IMG/VR virus record: IMGVR_UViG_3300042558_000752
Span: 4,014 to 68,013 of that record
Reading direction: 5' to 3' (one strand)
Origin: a virus
DNA: 64,000 nucleotides
Shown one piece after another: positions 47,924-55,825 of the stretch. How positions within the stretch are numbered: position 1 is the stretch's first letter; each line of letters begins with the position of its first letter. The translations under genes and the position numbers were made by a program. The notes under the pieces were generated by a model. It was given only the letters and a program-made list of their open reading frames with translations, was not told where the DNA came from and did not search any database.

Positions 47924-48172
47924 TTAGAACTGACCGCCGTCGAATTTAACGTCTATTTGTGTAGTAGATTCTTTGATTACTGCCAGCATTTGATGTATTT
48001 CGCTAACAGTTTTACCTAACTTCGCAGTCATCAGTGCTAACTCTGCAGTTAGTTCACGTGCTTCTTGTAAACTCATACGTATTTCTTTCTGCTGGCTACG
48101 TTCTGCCACCTGAGTGCGTTGGATAAGCTTCTGTATAGTTGGTAATGTATCTGGTAAGTTATTTTGTGACAT
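47924..48172 (-). CDS. hypothetical coiled-coil protein
   Basis: 82 aa, ends DGGQF. Confidence 0.6.
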   Translation of the reverse strand: MSQNNLPDTLPTIQKLIQRTQVAERSQQKEIRMSLQEARELTAELALMTAKLGKTVSEIHQMLAVIKESTTQIDVKFDGGQF

Positions 48173-48635
48173 TAGCCAATACCTGTTTCATTTCTAGATC
48201 AGTCTTGAATGGTCCTTTGTAAGCATATCTTTCAAGAGTGATTTTTTTAGGACAAAAGCTCTTGACCCATCCCTTCTCAAACTTTATACAATAGTACCCT
48301 GCACAGTATAGGCTCTTGGAATCACTGCTCTTTGTGAATAGAGGAAGTTTCTTACGAATGTCAAACATGGCATTGTGCGGCTCGGCACTAGTGGCATATC
48401 CATGCACTTCATTAGGCAATGATGTGTCGGCTTCTTTAACAATCTTTACCGTGAAAAACTTTTTACCAAATTGTTTAGTTAAACTATCTTTGGTGTCATA
48501 AATCTTTACACCTTCTTCATTGCTCATGAAAAATCTATTGTCATCATCTTTTCTTAGAGTAGCAATCTTCTCTCCATTCGATTCTACGATCCAAAATTTA
48601 TTTGCTATGATAGGTTTAGCATGTATGTCTGTCAT
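48159..48635 (-). CDS. hypothetical protein (alternative start 48704)
   Basis: GGGAG SD before ATG 48635 (MTDIHAK...). Confidence 0.6.
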   Translation of the reverse strand: MTDIHAKPIIANKFWIVESNGEKIATLRKDDDNRFFMSNEEGVKIYDTKDSLTKQFGKKFFTVKIVKEADTSLPNEVHGYATSAEPHNAMFDIRKKLPLFTKSSDSKSLYCAGYYCIKFEKGWVKSFCPKKITLERYAYKGPFKTDLEMKQVLANVTK

Positions 48636-48678
48636 TGTTTTCTCCCAACAGGTGTCTGTTTTAATTTCACAGGTGTCT

Positions 48679-49686
48679 TCATACTGACAAGGTTTGAGTT
48701 TCATTCACGTATCTCGCATTGAGTGGTTCTGCATAACTCTGTGCCTGATCAGCAATCTTTTTCAAATCCCACAGATTACAGAACTTGATTAATCTTATAC
48801 CAACTTGACTCACATTCTTTTGTTCGGCAGTAGCAGTAGTAATGGTGTTTACAATTATCTCTTTGATGTTATCAGGCTGATGTGTTAAATCGATAAGTCG
48901 ACGATTGCGTTCATAATCTTCTAACACACGATGTTCTACACCATTGTGGTCAGACCATCTCTGAAGCATGAGATTGTTCCACGCATATCCTTTGCTTGTA
49001 CGATCTTCGAACGCTTCAGTAAGACCCACTTTTTTGCTTGTGCCTTTAGTACGTACACCCGGATACGCTGAGAAGACATTATCACTGGTATCACCACGCA
49101 TACATTTTTCGAACAGGAGCCATTCTGGATTAGGGGCTGGCTTGGGCTCTTGTGTTTTCTTGTCAATGACCGGTTTGCCTTTGTCATCAAAGATTCCTTG
49201 GTGTGTGATAGTGGTTTCCATTACACCGTTGTACTGTGTGACATTGGGTGCAATTAATTGGACAAAGTCTGTGTCTGTGCTGATAATCACGTGTTTGTCA
49301 TTTGGATGTGTTTGTATCCAACCAGCAATTAAATCATCTGCTTCTAACTGCGGATTTTGTAGCACAGTACAGTTGGTCTTATCTGTGATAAAGTCTTTGA
49401 ATGTATCAAATGCTTCCCAAAAGATTTTTTCTTCGTCTGCTTCTTTTTCTGTGTGTGCGGCACGTTGAGCAGCACGTTGAGCTTTGTAAGGAGTATAATA
49501 GTCTTTACGCCAGCTACGTCCCTCTAAACAGAATATGACATGACTGCCTTCAAACTGCTGCCAAGCCTTGCGAATACTGTTTAATGTGATGTGAAATGCC
49601 ATGCCTAGTTTGATATCAGCGTCACCGTTGATAACGTGACGAGCACGAAAGAATGTGTTTGCTGTATCAACTAAGATATAATTCAT
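48679..49686 (-). CDS. rnh: T4 RNase H-like 5'-3' exonuclease (FEN/PIN fold)
   Basis: ILVD..N, SWRK.YY..YK..R, EADD, IISTDTDF.QL, GD.SDNV acidic motifs. Confidence 0.88.
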   Translation of the reverse strand: MNYILVDTANTFFRARHVINGDADIKLGMAFHITLNSIRKAWQQFEGSHVIFCLEGRSWRKDYYTPYKAQRAAQRAAHTEKEADEEKIFWEAFDTFKDFITDKTNCTVLQNPQLEADDLIAGWIQTHPNDKHVIISTDTDFVQLIAPNVTQYNGVMETTITHQGIFDDKGKPVIDKKTQEPKPAPNPEWLLFEKCMRGDTSDNVFSAYPGVRTKGTSKKVGLTEAFEDRTSKGYAWNNLMLQRWSDHNGVEHRVLEDYERNRRLIDLTHQPDNIKEIIVNTITTATAEQKNVSQVGIRLIKFCNLWDLKKIADQAQSYAEPLNARYVNETQTLSV

Positions 49687-50123
49687 AGATTGTCTTTCTT
49701 TACTGTTTTAATATCAATTAGGCCTGTGTTTACAGGACCGCCAAAATCGCCATCAACTACTACATTAGCACACAGTTCACGGAACCAACGATCTATGATT
49801 TCTTCGTCCTTGTCTCCGTCTTCACCGTATCCCTCTTGCTTTAATTTTAACACAAAAAGGTCGTTCCAGTCAAGTTCAAAAAAGCCATTACGCACATTAT
49901 CTTTATTGACATGTGTTTCGAGTACACCCACCCAAGGTTCTTTTTTACGTGTTGCACGTTCTTTTGGTGATAGTTTGGCCTGCGTTTCTGCTTCTGTAGC
50001 ACGTTCAGCAGCGGCAGTGGCTGCTTTGGCTGTTTCAGCAGCTTCGGCTGCGATACCTATAGATCGTTCTGCTTCTGCTCTAATCTTGTCAATACCAAAT
50101 AACTTTTCAATCCATTTATTCAT
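49683..50123 (-). CDS. hypothetical protein
   Basis: 146 aa; KEPWV.V, GFFELDWN..F, I.DRWF segments. Confidence 0.65.
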   Translation of the reverse strand: MNKWIEKLFGIDKIRAEAERSIGIAAEAAETAKAATAAAERATEAETQAKLSPKERATRKKEPWVGVLETHVNKDNVRNGFFELDWNDLFVLKLKQEGYGEDGDKDEEIIDRWFRELCANVVVDGDFGGPVNTGLIDIKTVKKDNL

Positions 50124-50440
50124 TATGTTCCCAACCCGTAGTGTAATTTAGCCAATGTATTAGGATCAAGAGTAGCTGGATCTTTTTGACTCATCACTTC
50201 TCTCCATTTCTTATATGCTCGAGAACCGTCTCCCTTAGCTTTAACTCGTTGCCCGCATTCGTTACAAGCATGGAATGCTGATACGAAGTCTTTTCCCTTA
50301 TCAGTAACAAATACTTCAAAATCCTCAACAGTAAATTTATCAACGCACCCATTAAATGTGCATCTAACCTGCATAGTCTTAGGATCGATAAAACTAATAT
50401 CTTCCTTCTTTTTTGCCATACGTTTAACCATTATGTTCCC
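50121..50440. repeat. 12-bp direct repeat CATTATGTTCCC flanking a 308-bp gene cassette
   Basis: Identical copies at 50121-50132 and 50429-50440. Confidence 0.85.
50123..50431 (-). CDS. hypothetical Cys-rich (zinc-ribbon-like) protein
   Basis: CTFNGC and CNEC; start at ATG 50431 via TAATG overlap with the queE stop. Confidence 0.55.
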   Translation of the reverse strand: MVKRMAKKKEDISFIDPKTMQVRCTFNGCVDKFTVEDFEVFVTDKGKDFVSAFHACNECGQRVKAKGDGSRAYKKWREVMSQKDPATLDPNTLAKLHYGLGT

Positions 50441-51285
50441 CATTCATTTTTAAACAGTGGTACCTGCAGTCTATCACTGTATCGTAATCCCATCTTCATT
50501 GCTAGTTCAGCAACACGGCGATTATTTAGTGTGTATACACTTTCAACACCGCCCACAGGCATGAGATAGCAATGTCCAGTGAATCCTTCTGCACGATATA
50601 TATCTAAAGTTTCTAACGCTTCTTCGGCATCTTCTTCTGTGGCTATTACAAATTTAAGATAGGTATGCCCAGCTTCTTGATATTCACAAACAACATCCGG
50701 CTTTATGGCTTCGTGTCTAGCTTCGCCCGAACAACTGAGCTTGGCACTGACACTAAACGTAACCTCTCTATCCCACGCAGTAGCGGTCCACTCTCCTAGA
50801 TAGTGTTTAAACTCTGGAGTTAGCTTTTGAGTACCGTTTGTTTCGAAAGTAATTTCTTTAAGACTACGCATACTTTCGTGCTCTAACAGGTCCGGATAAG
50901 CACGTTGCCAACCTAGCAAGGGCTCGCCACCTGTGATAACTAAGTGTTCTTCTTTCCAGTGATCCTGTGGAAGAATTTCCATAATGCGATCTGTAATTGC
51001 TTCACTAGTAAGCATTGGACTAAGATTCTTAAAGTCAGGATGCCAGCTTGCATAACTATCACAACCTGTGCTAACTAGTGGCAGCTCTTTGTAATCCTTA
51101 AAAGGATGCATAGCATTCATAACTGCGATGTTGTCTGCTTCCGTACTTAGTTCACCACGTGGCATACCAAAGCCAGCACATTTAAAGTTACAACCAAATG
51201 TGCGTAGAAACACAGAAGGAACACCCATATAGCGTCCTTCACCTTGTATGCTGTAGAACAGCTCTGCGATTTTAATTTTGCTCAT
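50431..51285 (-). CDS. queE: 7-carboxy-7-deazaguanine synthase (radical SAM)
   Basis: IAELFYSIQGEG...G.PSVFLRTFGCNFKC...GCDS, ITGGEP, ETNGT, S.K, LMP, R.Q; near folE and dpdA. Confidence 0.88.
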   Translation of the reverse strand: MSKIKIAELFYSIQGEGRYMGVPSVFLRTFGCNFKCAGFGMPRGELSTEADNIAVMNAMHPFKDYKELPLVSTGCDSYASWHPDFKNLSPMLTSEAITDRIMEILPQDHWKEEHLVITGGEPLLGWQRAYPDLLEHESMRSLKEITFETNGTQKLTPEFKHYLGEWTATAWDREVTFSVSAKLSCSGEARHEAIKPDVVCEYQEAGHTYLKFVIATEEDAEEALETLDIYRAEGFTGHCYLMPVGGVESVYTLNNRRVAELAMKMGLRYSDRLQVPLFKNEWGT

Positions 51286-51463
51286 TGTTTATTATACCTT
51301 TATGTATGAAATTTGTCAAGTCCTCTTTGACCAGGCTCCACGAACCATCGTTGTTATCAATCCAATTTAAACAATCACCTTCTTTCCAACCAGCCTCGTC
51401 TAATAAATCCTGCGGCAACGATAGTATACCATCTTCTTCAACAGTCACGGTCCATGATTTCAT
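51272..51463 (-). CDS. small AbrB/MazE-like DNA-binding protein
   Basis: ILSLPQDLLDEAGWKEGD.L.W swapped-hairpin pattern. Confidence 0.6.
   Translation of the reverse strand: MKSWTVTVEEDGILSLPQDLLDEAGWKEGDCLNWIDNNDGSWSLVKEDLTNFIHKGIINNEQN
51291..51319 (-). promoter_or_regulatory. consensus sigma70-type promoter for queE
   Basis: TTGACA (51319-51314), 17-nt spacer, TATAAT (51296-51291); ATG of queE follows after 5 nt. Confidence 0.85.
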
Positions 51464-51678
51464 GTTGTATACCCCATGCTATCAGGATTTCTTTTACGTT
51501 CTTCATCTAGCCGCTCTTTGATCATTTTCCTACATTCTACTCTAACCTGAGGAGGGATATCTGGATGAAAGTCTAAGTCTCTACAATTATAGTATCTGCC
51601 AGGCGGTTCACCCCAGTTGTTGATGGCAATTAAAAAAACTGCTATAAACGCCGCAATGACTATTAAGATATTTTTCAT
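51460..51678 (-). CDS. small membrane-anchored hypothetical protein
   Basis: MKNILIVIAAFIAVFLIAI hydrophobic N-terminus, two Cys; ATGA overlap with the upstream gene. Confidence 0.6.
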   Translation of the reverse strand: MKNILIVIAAFIAVFLIAINNWGEPPGRYYNCRDLDFHPDIPPQVRVECRKMIKERLDEERKRNPDSMGYTT

Positions 51679-51875
51679 ATATAGTCGCTGACTAATAGTT
51701 GGCATATGAGTCCTTGATGATCGTCGTCAAATACAAAATTCATATAGGTGTCTGTTAACTCTGTGGTGTATTTGTCCCCAGGTAATCCGAACCGTTCTAT
51801 GATTGATACCGTGATTTCGTCCCAAACAGGAATACTACCTGCCTTGGGACTCCACGGTACATGCACAGTTACCAT
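51675..51875 (-). CDS. hypothetical protein
   Basis: 66 aa, FGLPG.KY segment. Confidence 0.55.
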   Translation of the reverse strand: MVTVHVPWSPKAGSIPVWDEITVSIIERFGLPGDKYTTELTDTYMNFVFDDDHQGLICQLLVSDYI

Positions 51876-52249
51876 TTTCTATAGTTGCCTCTTTCTGGAA
51901 TAACATGTCGAACCCCGCCTGTGGGATCTTCCATGTCACCGTTGCGTCTGGGAATTAAATGAACATGCGGATAAGGTACAGTCTGTCCAGCTGCCTCTCC
52001 CCAATTTATTCCAATATTGAATCCGTCCCATTCACCACTGTTAACTTTTTCTTGACCAAGTCTAAGTGCGTCAGCAAAACAATCTTCAATAACGCCCACG
52101 GCTGAATATTTAGGTACGAACAACAAATGTCCTTCTGTTACAGGATACTTATCTTTAAAAACAACCACGTGAAAGTCGTCTTGTACAACATCATTCCACG
52201 GTGCTTGTCCTGCATCACGTGCATCATCTAATGAATAATGTAGATTCAT
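51869..52249 (-). CDS. HIT family nucleotide hydrolase
   Basis: DKYPVTEGHLLFVPK, GFNIG.N.G.AAGQTV.YPHVHLIPR (first His of the triad replaced by Tyr). Confidence 0.88.
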   Translation of the reverse strand: MNLHYSLDDARDAGQAPWNDVVQDDFHVVVFKDKYPVTEGHLLFVPKYSAVGVIEDCFADALRLGQEKVNSGEWDGFNIGINWGEAAGQTVPYPHVHLIPRRNGDMEDPTGGVRHVIPERGNYRKW

Positions 52250-52473
52250 CGTTTGTATTCCTGTTTTTCTTTGGGAAGATCGTCTTCTCGAATAACAAAC
52301 TCACGGCCGCCTAAACTGCCAACAAATGCTCGAGTACGTTCAGCGTAGGCCAATCGAAGTTTAATAGTTTGAAATGCCACTTCTAAAAATGCTTTGGGCT
52401 TGTAATTTAGTACATGCATATCAAAATCTTTGCCATTATCAGTACAATGCACTTTGATCTGTGTATCAATCAT
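52246..52473 (-). CDS. hypothetical protein
   Basis: Start at ATG 52473 by ATGA overlap; CTDNGK segment. Confidence 0.55.
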   Translation of the reverse strand: MIDTQIKVHCTDNGKDFDMHVLNYKPKAFLEVAFQTIKLRLAYAERTRAFVGSLGGREFVIREDDLPKEKQEYKR

Positions 52474-53009
52474 TTGGTCCACCAATCTTCCCAAGGAAAA
52501 TCAATCCATACATCGTTTTCGGCTTTGTTAACTTCCATACCAACATAATCCATCTTAACATTGCACTTGCTGGCAAGATTATCTACCAACACAGCAAATT
52601 TAACGTTATTGTTCCATACTTCTTCCCAGGCTGGATCATCTGGAAAGCAACCACTTGGCCAATCCTGCATGATCCAATTAAGGGTGGTTCCTTGATCGTT
52701 GATATCGTCTACAATCAGAATGTTTTTAAAAGTGGTATCGTCATTAACAGTACGTTCCTTGGATAGCGGACCTAGTGCATCCTCAGCCATCCAAAGATTA
52801 CTTTCAGGACCAACTTCTCCGTCACGTAAACTAACATTTAATGTATGCAACGGAATATTAAAATATTGACTGATCATAACGGCAGGAATTAATCCGCCTC
52901 GAGTAATACCTACAATATAATCGGGCCGCCACGTTCCTGTAGCAAGCTCTCTACAAATCTTGCCGACTAACCCATTTACCTCATGCTGGTTGATTTTGAG
53001 TTTGTTCAT
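52470..53009 (-). CDS. purine phosphoribosyltransferase (Gpt-like, type I PRT)
   Basis: IVGITRGGLIPA, ILIVDDINDQGTT PRPP loop, WIDFPWE. Confidence 0.88.
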   Translation of the reverse strand: MNKLKINQHEVNGLVGKICRELATGTWRPDYIVGITRGGLIPAVMISQYFNIPLHTLNVSLRDGEVGPESNLWMAEDALGPLSKERTVNDDTTFKNILIVDDINDQGTTLNWIMQDWPSGCFPDDPAWEEVWNNNVKFAVLVDNLASKCNVKMDYVGMEVNKAENDVWIDFPWEDWWTK

Positions 53010-53448
53010 TTCTATCCTTAAGATACTGTTCGTGTTGTATCCATTTGTTGTTGACTAAAAATCCCCATTCACGTTTATGGGGACCTGGCATAAACAGGGT
53101 CCAGGCAGTTATTCCAGGCCTAAGCTCTATACGATGATAGCTGTTAGACCCACAAATACGGAAGTGACCAGGACCACGCCAATGCTTAGTTTCTCCAACC
53201 ATTTGGCCATCTTCAAAATTAGGAGTGTATTCATAGTAACCACCTTTTAATATCAGTGTAGCATACGGCCACGGATGATCGTGTACATCATCGGGATCAC
53301 CCTTGAGAAATTTGTGTAAAAATACGTTGAATGGAAAACGGTTTCTTTCTTTCAAGAATAGATAGAACCGTTCTAGATACGGTTCATTATTAACACGATC
53401 ATAAATGATACGCTTACGGCCTAATCGTTCAAGCAGTTTCAAAAACAT
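52981..53448 (-). CDS. cupin-fold protein
   Basis: HDHPW...ILKGGY.E and H.IEL...WTLF..G...REWGF. Confidence 0.65.
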   Translation of the reverse strand: MFLKLLERLGRKRIIYDRVNNEPYLERFYLFLKERNRFPFNVFLHKFLKGDPDDVHDHPWPYATLILKGGYYEYTPNFEDGQMVGETKHWRGPGHFRICGSNSYHRIELRPGITAWTLFMPGPHKREWGFLVNNKWIQHEQYLKDRNEQTQNQPA

Positions 53449-53848
53449 TATTAACTTCTTCCTTGAGATATCTTATCAGTTCTTTATCCGTGGGCATCAC
53501 ACTATAATTGTTCTTGTAAAAAATTTCATAGCTGTCGCTGCCGTATTTTCCAATGCCATATAACATTGTAGCATCATTTCCGTCCCAAGTCAAATAGTCT
53601 TGACTCATTCTAATCAATCGATTGTAACGAACGTTCAGCATTCCTAAGGGCTGGATTATGCTTTTGACAAACTCTTCTTCTGCGTGTAATAGTGCTAATG
53701 CTGTAGGAAACCAATATAGGAATTCGGGTAGTGTTGTCTTTACCGCTTTACGACCGGTTTGGTTAAGCATGATCACACCAACAAAGTGTTGCCAAGCATC
53801 ATCGACTTGTTGTTGAACCATTAGATCGTCACGTAGAGGTTTGATCAT
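53429..53848 (-). CDS. HhH-GPD DNA glycosylase, MBD4-like
   Basis: W...V..IMLNQT, PLG, LYGIGKYGSDSY.IF closely resemble the MBD4 glycosylase domain; start 53848 by ATGA overlap. Confidence 0.8.
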   Translation of the reverse strand: MIKPLRDDLMVQQQVDDAWQHFVGVIMLNQTGRKAVKTTLPEFLYWFPTALALLHAEEEFVKSIIQPLGMLNVRYNRLIRMSQDYLTWDGNDATMLYGIGKYGSDSYEIFYKNNYSVMPTDKELIRYLKEEVNNVFETA

Positions 53849-54063
53849 TCTACACCTTCGCCAAACCAATCATCAACTTGATGTTCTGCCTCTTCCTGTG
53901 TCATTGCGTGTACAAAAATACGAGCAGGCTCGCCTACAGTATGTTGAATATTAAATTTTACAACACCTGCAGGAATAAGCTCCCAATCTCGTTCTACAAT
54001 AAACTCTTGTAGATTTTTAGCACGAAAGATTAAATTGTCTGTGAGATCTTTTGCAGTATTCAT
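53845..54063 (-). CDS. hypothetical protein
   Basis: 72-aa ORF with overlaps on both sides. Confidence 0.55.
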   Translation of the reverse strand: MNTAKDLTDNLIFRAKNLQEFIVERDWELIPAGVVKFNIQHTVGEPARIFVHAMTQEEAEHQVDDWFGEGVE

Positions 54064-54356
54064 TGTTGGCCTCGGACTATGTTCTTGTTCAACGCTTCGT
54101 CGTCACTGCGCAGTTGATCTTCCATGTACAACATCAATTGATGTTTATACATATCTTCTGAAAGTCCATGCCAACCAATGCACTTGCCAGTAGGACTACG
54201 GCCGCAGCCGCAACGACCGATATCTTCTGTGTTTTCTTCAACTCTCACTTGCATGTCTTTATCCTTTTTACCAAATATTTTTTCAAAATTATTAGCGAAT
54301 TCATCTTGACTTACGCTAAATGGTCTTGGTTTACTTCCTTTTCCACCGTCACTCAT
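54060..54356 (-). CDS. small protein with CDGSH-like Fe-S motif
   Basis: CGCGRSPTGKCIGWH (3Cys-1His). Confidence 0.55.
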   Translation of the reverse strand: MSDGGKGSKPRPFSVSQDEFANNFEKIFGKKDKDMQVRVEENTEDIGRCGCGRSPTGKCIGWHGLSEDMYKHQLMLYMEDQLRSDDEALNKNIVRGQQ

Positions 54357-54358
54357 AA

Positions 54359-55096
54359 TTACCTCGGCGCAAATTCTTGTTGTAGTTTGATGTTATCAAA
54401 GAACTCTTTCTTTGTATGCGGATCATCTTTGAATGTTCCTTTTAACACTGTGGTCTGTGTTAGACTAGAGTGTGCCATAATGCCTCTATTCTCACAGCAT
54501 CCATGGATAGCTTGAACATAAACAGCTACATTTTCGCTGTTTGTAGCTTTCATTATTTCTCGGGCAATGTCGTTGCAGAGTTCTTCCTGTAGTGTACCTC
54601 TACGGGCACACCACTGAGCGATCCTTGTGTACTTGCTTAACCCAATAAGTTTCTGTGCCGCAATAATTCCAATATAAGCCACCCCAGATACAGGCTGGTG
54701 ATGATGACTACACATACTACGAAGCTCACTTCTAACCACCAACATACCTTCGTACCGATCTGTGCTGTCATTGGGGAATGCTGTTGCCTCTGGTGATGGT
54801 TCATATCTTCCTGCCATTATTTCGTTAAAATACATTTTAGCAAGACGACGAGCCGTGCCTTTCGAGTTAGGATCGTTTTCTCGATCAATCAGCAAGCGAT
54901 CTAGCACAGTTTCAAATGCTGCTGCGGCTTCGTTGATGAGTTTTTCTTTATCGCCGTCGTGCAAGTAATCGGCAATGTTGTCACCTGCCCAGAAACGTTT
55001 GTTGTCACGTTTCATCTTAAAGCGAATAGCATCGCCTAGGTAACCTTCTTCATAGCCCTTGTCGTCTATGTTATTGTATGTTACTGATTCTGTCAA
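54359..55096 (-). CDS. folE: GTP cyclohydrolase I
   Basis: T..R.AKMY, SMCSHH, IGLSKY.RI, R...QEEL, HGC..NRG; TTG start with GGAG SD. Confidence 0.95.
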   Translation of the reverse strand: MTESVTYNNIDDKGYEEGYLGDAIRFKMKRDNKRFWAGDNIADYLHDGDKEKLINEAAAAFETVLDRLLIDRENDPNSKGTARRLAKMYFNEIMAGRYEPSPEATAFPNDSTDRYEGMLVVRSELRSMCSHHHQPVSGVAYIGIIAAQKLIGLSKYTRIAQWCARRGTLQEELCNDIAREIMKATNSENVAVYVQAIHGCCENRGIMAHSSLTQTTVLKGTFKDDPHTKKEFFDNIKLQQEFAPR

Positions 55097-55134
55097 TTTA
55101 TTCTCCGAGTTAATGACGTGGATGTCTTTGTATT

Positions 55135-55163
55135 AGTATACAGGTTTATTTAGATTTTTGCAA
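55135..55163 (-). promoter_or_regulatory. sigma70-type promoter with an embedded TAAATA motif, upstream of folE
   Basis: TTGCAA (55163-55158), 17-nt spacer, TATACT (55140-55135); TAAATA at 55152-55147. Confidence 0.65.
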
Positions 55164-55181
55164 GTAGTTTAAGAAAATATT

Positions 55182-55805
55182 TCATTTTATTGTCAATGCT
55201 GCTTCTCTACCTCCAAAATTTCCTCTAACAAACATATTAAATGCAACAGAAATTCTATCATCCTTAGAATTGTTTATTTCTACTGAATGCATTACATTTG
55301 AAGGAAATATGATTATATGATTTTCAGTTGGAGTAATAGACCATGTACTACTATTAAAAATATTTTGTTCTGAAAATTCTAAACTAATTGTGGGAGAAGC
55401 AAACCCTAAATATGTTTGATATTTGTGAAGTGTAAACTGTCCTGTCTCTTCTGCTGCCGTCTTTAGATATAACACTCCCGAAAACAACGAATTGACATGT
55501 CTATGTGCATGTGCAGAGCCACCTGGCAAAAATTTAACAGCCCATGAAGTTGTTATATAAAATTCTGTCTCGGGTTTGATTTTTAAAAGATTATATGCAT
55601 AATCATCGAATGCGTTGAGAACTTTATTTCTAATTTCTAAACATTTAGGATCATCTAATAATGTAACATTTTCAGTGATAAATCCTTTGGTATCAGACAT
55701 TGAGTTGAACTCTAAGTTTGAAATGTAGTCAACACTTTTAGAAGAGATTGGATCTACCTCAGATGTGTAAATAGGAACACCAAATAAAGAAGCTGCTGCC
55801 GGCAT
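55182..55805 (-). CDS. 2OG-Fe(II) oxygenase-like protein (TIGR02466-like)
   Basis: LF..PIY, SW, H.H.NS.FSGV.YL, IFPS...HSV, RIS.AFN. Confidence 0.75.
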   Translation of the reverse strand: MPAAASLFGVPIYTSEVDPISSKSVDYISNLEFNSMSDTKGFITENVTLLDDPKCLEIRNKVLNAFDDYAYNLLKIKPETEFYITTSWAVKFLPGGSAHAHRHVNSLFSGVLYLKTAAEETGQFTLHKYQTYLGFASPTISLEFSEQNIFNSSTWSITPTENHIIIFPSNVMHSVEINNSKDDRISVAFNMFVRGNFGGREAALTIK

Positions 55806-55825
55806 AGGGTATAATCTCTCTATAG

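Noticed and set aside
47917-47925. T9 homopolymer as a phase-variation tract or terminator
   Set aside because: It is mostly intergenic and overlaps a stop codon, so it cannot shift a frame. It does follow the 47880-47909 inverted repeat on the + strand, but with a 7-nt gap and no + strand gene upstream.
49460-49482. Short tandem repeat GCACGTTGAGC(A) in rnh
   Set aside because: Encodes AQRAAQRA in a helical segment; too short to be meaningful.
51272-51463. Toxin-antitoxin module
   Set aside because: The AbrB/MazE-like gene has no recognisable toxin neighbour.
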